A stretch of DNA of 36,290 nucleotides from contig JYFJ02003931.1 of the NCBI GenBank assembly GCA_000934665.2, forward strand, positions 1 through 36,290. The letters run 5' to 3'. The notes below the pieces were generated by a model, which worked only from the letters and a program-made list of their open reading frames with translations, had not been told where the DNA came from and searched no databases. Below, in pieces: positions 33,405-36,290 of the stretch. Position numbers and translations under genes: made by a program. The first letter of the stretch is position 1. Each line of letters begins with the position of its first letter. This DNA is from Catajapyx aquilonaris. Taxonomy: Eukaryota.

Positions 33405-34976
33405 CTGAAATAAAAGCAACCAACCTAGGAAAATGCCGTTCTTTGCAATTAGGGTTAATCAACAGCAATAGTTTTCATACGCCGCCGTTTAAAACTGCCA
33501 AGATTCTAATTATTGAAAAATCAGAAAACGAGACGTGGTACTTTGCAAAAAAAATATATGTAATATGTAGCAGTGTTTCAATATCTTTTGCACACTGCAG
33601 CCACTAATGTCACTTGCCAATTAAAATTATTAATTCGCAGCACACTTTGTGAACCACTCAAGTATTACAACTGTACAATTTGGAGAATTGTTGGCACATA
33701 ATTAGCAGATTCATTACTAGCCGACTTATTAGGAATGCAAAGTAGTTAGTTCGGTCTTTCATCATATGAATTTTTCCGCAGTGTACATGCTCACTTTATT
33801 AAATTTCGTACTCGTCTAGCGTTAGTACATTGATGTCATCACTTCAGCACAAGCTCCCAGGAATAATTTAGCGAGGAAAAGAGAAGCTGCATGACTATCG
33901 TAACATGTATCTACAGGAGCGGGAAGCACACATATTTTCAGCTGCACTGCACAAGAATAAGTACTCGTCACACTCATTACACACAGAATTGCTGGTCCCA
34001 ATGTGAAAACAGGGGGGGGTAATTAAAAAGCAGACAATTTTTTTTTTGTTGGAATGTTAATGTCACTTTTCTTTTTTATTCCACAAAACAAGCGACTTAC
34101 ACTTACACACTCCAAATACCCTTCCAAACTCACATCTACTAGGAACAAACCTCGACTCTTTCGCCCTACACAACCTAAAAAAAGGTCACGTCACCAATTC
34201 CGACCAAATACTGCTCAGTAAGAAAAAGAAAAAACACAACCTTTTCCAGTTGGTCCACACAACTCAAAATATCACAACTCCTCCAACTGCAACGAACTCA
34301 GTCTTTTTCCAGTTATGATTAGTAAAACCCACGAAGAAGTCAGTCTCTTCACCGTTAACTCAGTCTTCTTCCTTTTCAAAAAAAAAAAAAATCGGGGAAG
34401 TCTTGCCGTTTTACAAATTATGACCAGATTACAAACATCTCTCGTAAAGAAAAACCATATAAAAGCGTTAACTATCGACTAACAAACAAACAAAAAATTT
34501 CGGTTTACTTCACCATTGAGCATTACTGAATAACTATGAAAAATTTTTAAATATTAAAAAAACAATGAAATGACACCCATCCCAAAAAACATTACATTGA
34601 AAAAAGATCCCAAGATCACACAACACTTCCATACTTAGAGTATAAAATGCATTCTGGTACAAACTTCACTCCTTTAAAAAGTCCTAAAAATCACTAAAAT
34701 TATCACGATCTCAAGTCCGTTATATATATAAAAAAAAGGGTCAGTCACAGAATTTGCGGCTTAAGAAATGAGCATAACACGTAAATGGAAGCGATTAACA
34801 ATCACAACTTGGCGGCTTCCATCAAAAAGGTGGAGAAATGAGAAGATCCGTCTGGAAGACGTCGGTTTGGCAAAAAACATTCATGAGCTGAAGACAAAAA
34901 TGCAATATCATTCCTTACAAAAGACTCCAAGTACAGAAGCGTGGTTTTTTAAATCTTCCATGGTCGAAGCAGTAGC

Positions 34977-36010
34977 CTATGCCTTGACTTCCTCCACCTT
35001 TTCCAATCCCTCCAACTTCTCGGCCTTCTCGGCCTTCTTCTCAGGCTCCTTCTCGGACAGCTTCCCATTTTCAACTCCGTTCTTCTCCGCCTCTTTTATT
35101 TCCGGCTTCTCCACAGTCTTCTGCTTATCAGTTTTCTCCTCTCCGTTTTCAGCCTTGTTCTCTTCAGCCTTTTCGTCAGTCTGATCGGCCATCTTTTCCT
35201 TTTGCGGCTCAGCAGATTCAGCCTCATTCTTGGCGCCATTTTCCACCTTGATTTCGTCGCCATTTTCCGCCTTCTTTTCTGCCTCTTCGCCATTTTCCGC
35301 CTTAGCATCCTTTTCTGGCTTGGTATCCTTTCCGGATTCAGCCTTAGCCTCATCTTCCTTCTTAGGTTCAGCCTTGTCTTCATTTTTGACTGTACTTGCA
35401 GCCTCAGTTGCTACTTCTTCAGCCTTAGCTTCTTCTGCCTTGTCGCTTTCTGACTTCTTCCCATTTTCAACAGCAATTTCCACCTTGCTTTCTATCTTGT
35501 CGTCAGCCGTGTTTTCCTTGGCTGCTACCTCATCTGCAACTGCCTCGGTTTCTTTCTTAGGCTCATCCACCGCAGTTTCCATCTTCGATTCAACCGAGCC
35601 ATTTTCCACCTTTTCGACACCTTCATCGCATTCCATCTCTTCTCCATTGGCAACCTTCTCCGTACCATTGGTGACTGGTTCCACCTCCATTGGCTGTCCC
35701 TTCCTTGGAGCTACCACCAATGTGGGATGCTGCGACTTCATAATGGCCACCTTCATCTGCAGCATTTCAGTCTCCAAGCGCAGCTTCTTGGTCTCTGCCT
35801 CCAACTTTTCTTTCTCTGCCTGCAGGACTTCAAAGTAGAGATCCTCGTCCGGGTTGCGCTCAGGGTCGGAAGCCCTGCGGCGCTTTCGGGTTACTGGGCC
35901 AGTCGAGGCTGCAGAGGTCGATGGCTGGATGGCCCAGGACTGGGAGGAAGGAGCGTTGCTCTCCACCCAGGCGGCCAGCAGATCGCACAGCTCCTCAGCC
36001 ATGACGTCCC
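34977..36010 (-). CDS. Uncharacterised terminal coding exon inside the RPA1 intron: basic NLS, coiled coil, long E/K/A-rich disordered tail
   Basis: 364-codon ORF 36071-34977; pyrimidine tract plus AAG acceptor at 36011 (phase 1) and in-frame ATG at 36002. RKRRR, coiled coil EVLQAEKEKLEAETKKLRLETEMLQMKV; TAG stop followed by a U-rich 3'UTR-like tract with AATAAA at 34080-34075 and 33800-33795. Confidence 0.75.
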
Positions 36011-36290
36011 CTTTGGAGAGGGTGACCGAGGCAGTAAGGAGGGAGGTCAAATGACTGCATCCAATTTGCATCTGATTATGATAAATTTTTTGTGAATCGA
36101 CCCCATAAAATGCTACCTCCCTCCAACATCATAGTGCTTACAACACAGGGAATGGGAAGTGAGTGCTAGCTGCTTCAAACGCTATTGAATAACGGAACTG
36201 TACACCTTAAGCAGCTGCAGCCACACAAGTGCTTCCCTTCCCCCACGCTGCCAGTTGCGCAAACACTCAATCTAATCAACTTACCTGCTG

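Noticed and set aside
35230..35838. 202-aa Ser/Phe-rich plus-strand ORF, and 34768-35184
   Set aside because: Antisense shadow of the E/K-rich minus-strand exon.

Overview
Eukaryotic (invertebrate, arthropod-like) genomic DNA with spliced genes; no prokaryotic operon, CRISPR array or intact transposase is visible. Left: a compact head-to-head pair, TRMT2A (- strand, 8 exons, 627 aa) and PEX12 (+ strand, 5 exons, 337 aa), with start codons 401 bp apart and introns of about 50-60 nt. Middle: about 12 kb of repeat-rich non-coding DNA, then a WSCD-family (CG9164-like) type II membrane sulfotransferase-domain gene (+, 5 coding exons over 10.5 kb). In and just upstream of it lie 3 intron-containing tRNA-Tyr(GTA) genes, 1 Tyr pseudogene, 2 tRNA-Pro(TGG) genes, an array of RFX X-box-like palindromes and several hairpins or fold-backs. 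Right: tRNA-Glu(CTC), then the 3' part of RPA1 (- strand; N-terminus outside the window; one GC-AG intron). The most interesting observation is a 1 kb same-strand coding exon (NLS, coiled coil, E/K/A-rich disordered tail with ten Asn-Gly motifs, own stop and polyA signals) inside the large RPA1 intron. Its acceptor is in the same phase as the normal RPA1 acceptor, so it could be an alternative last exon giving an RPA70N-only isoform, or part of a nested gene. All exon coordinates were derived by hand from splice consensus and frame continuity; no database searches were run.
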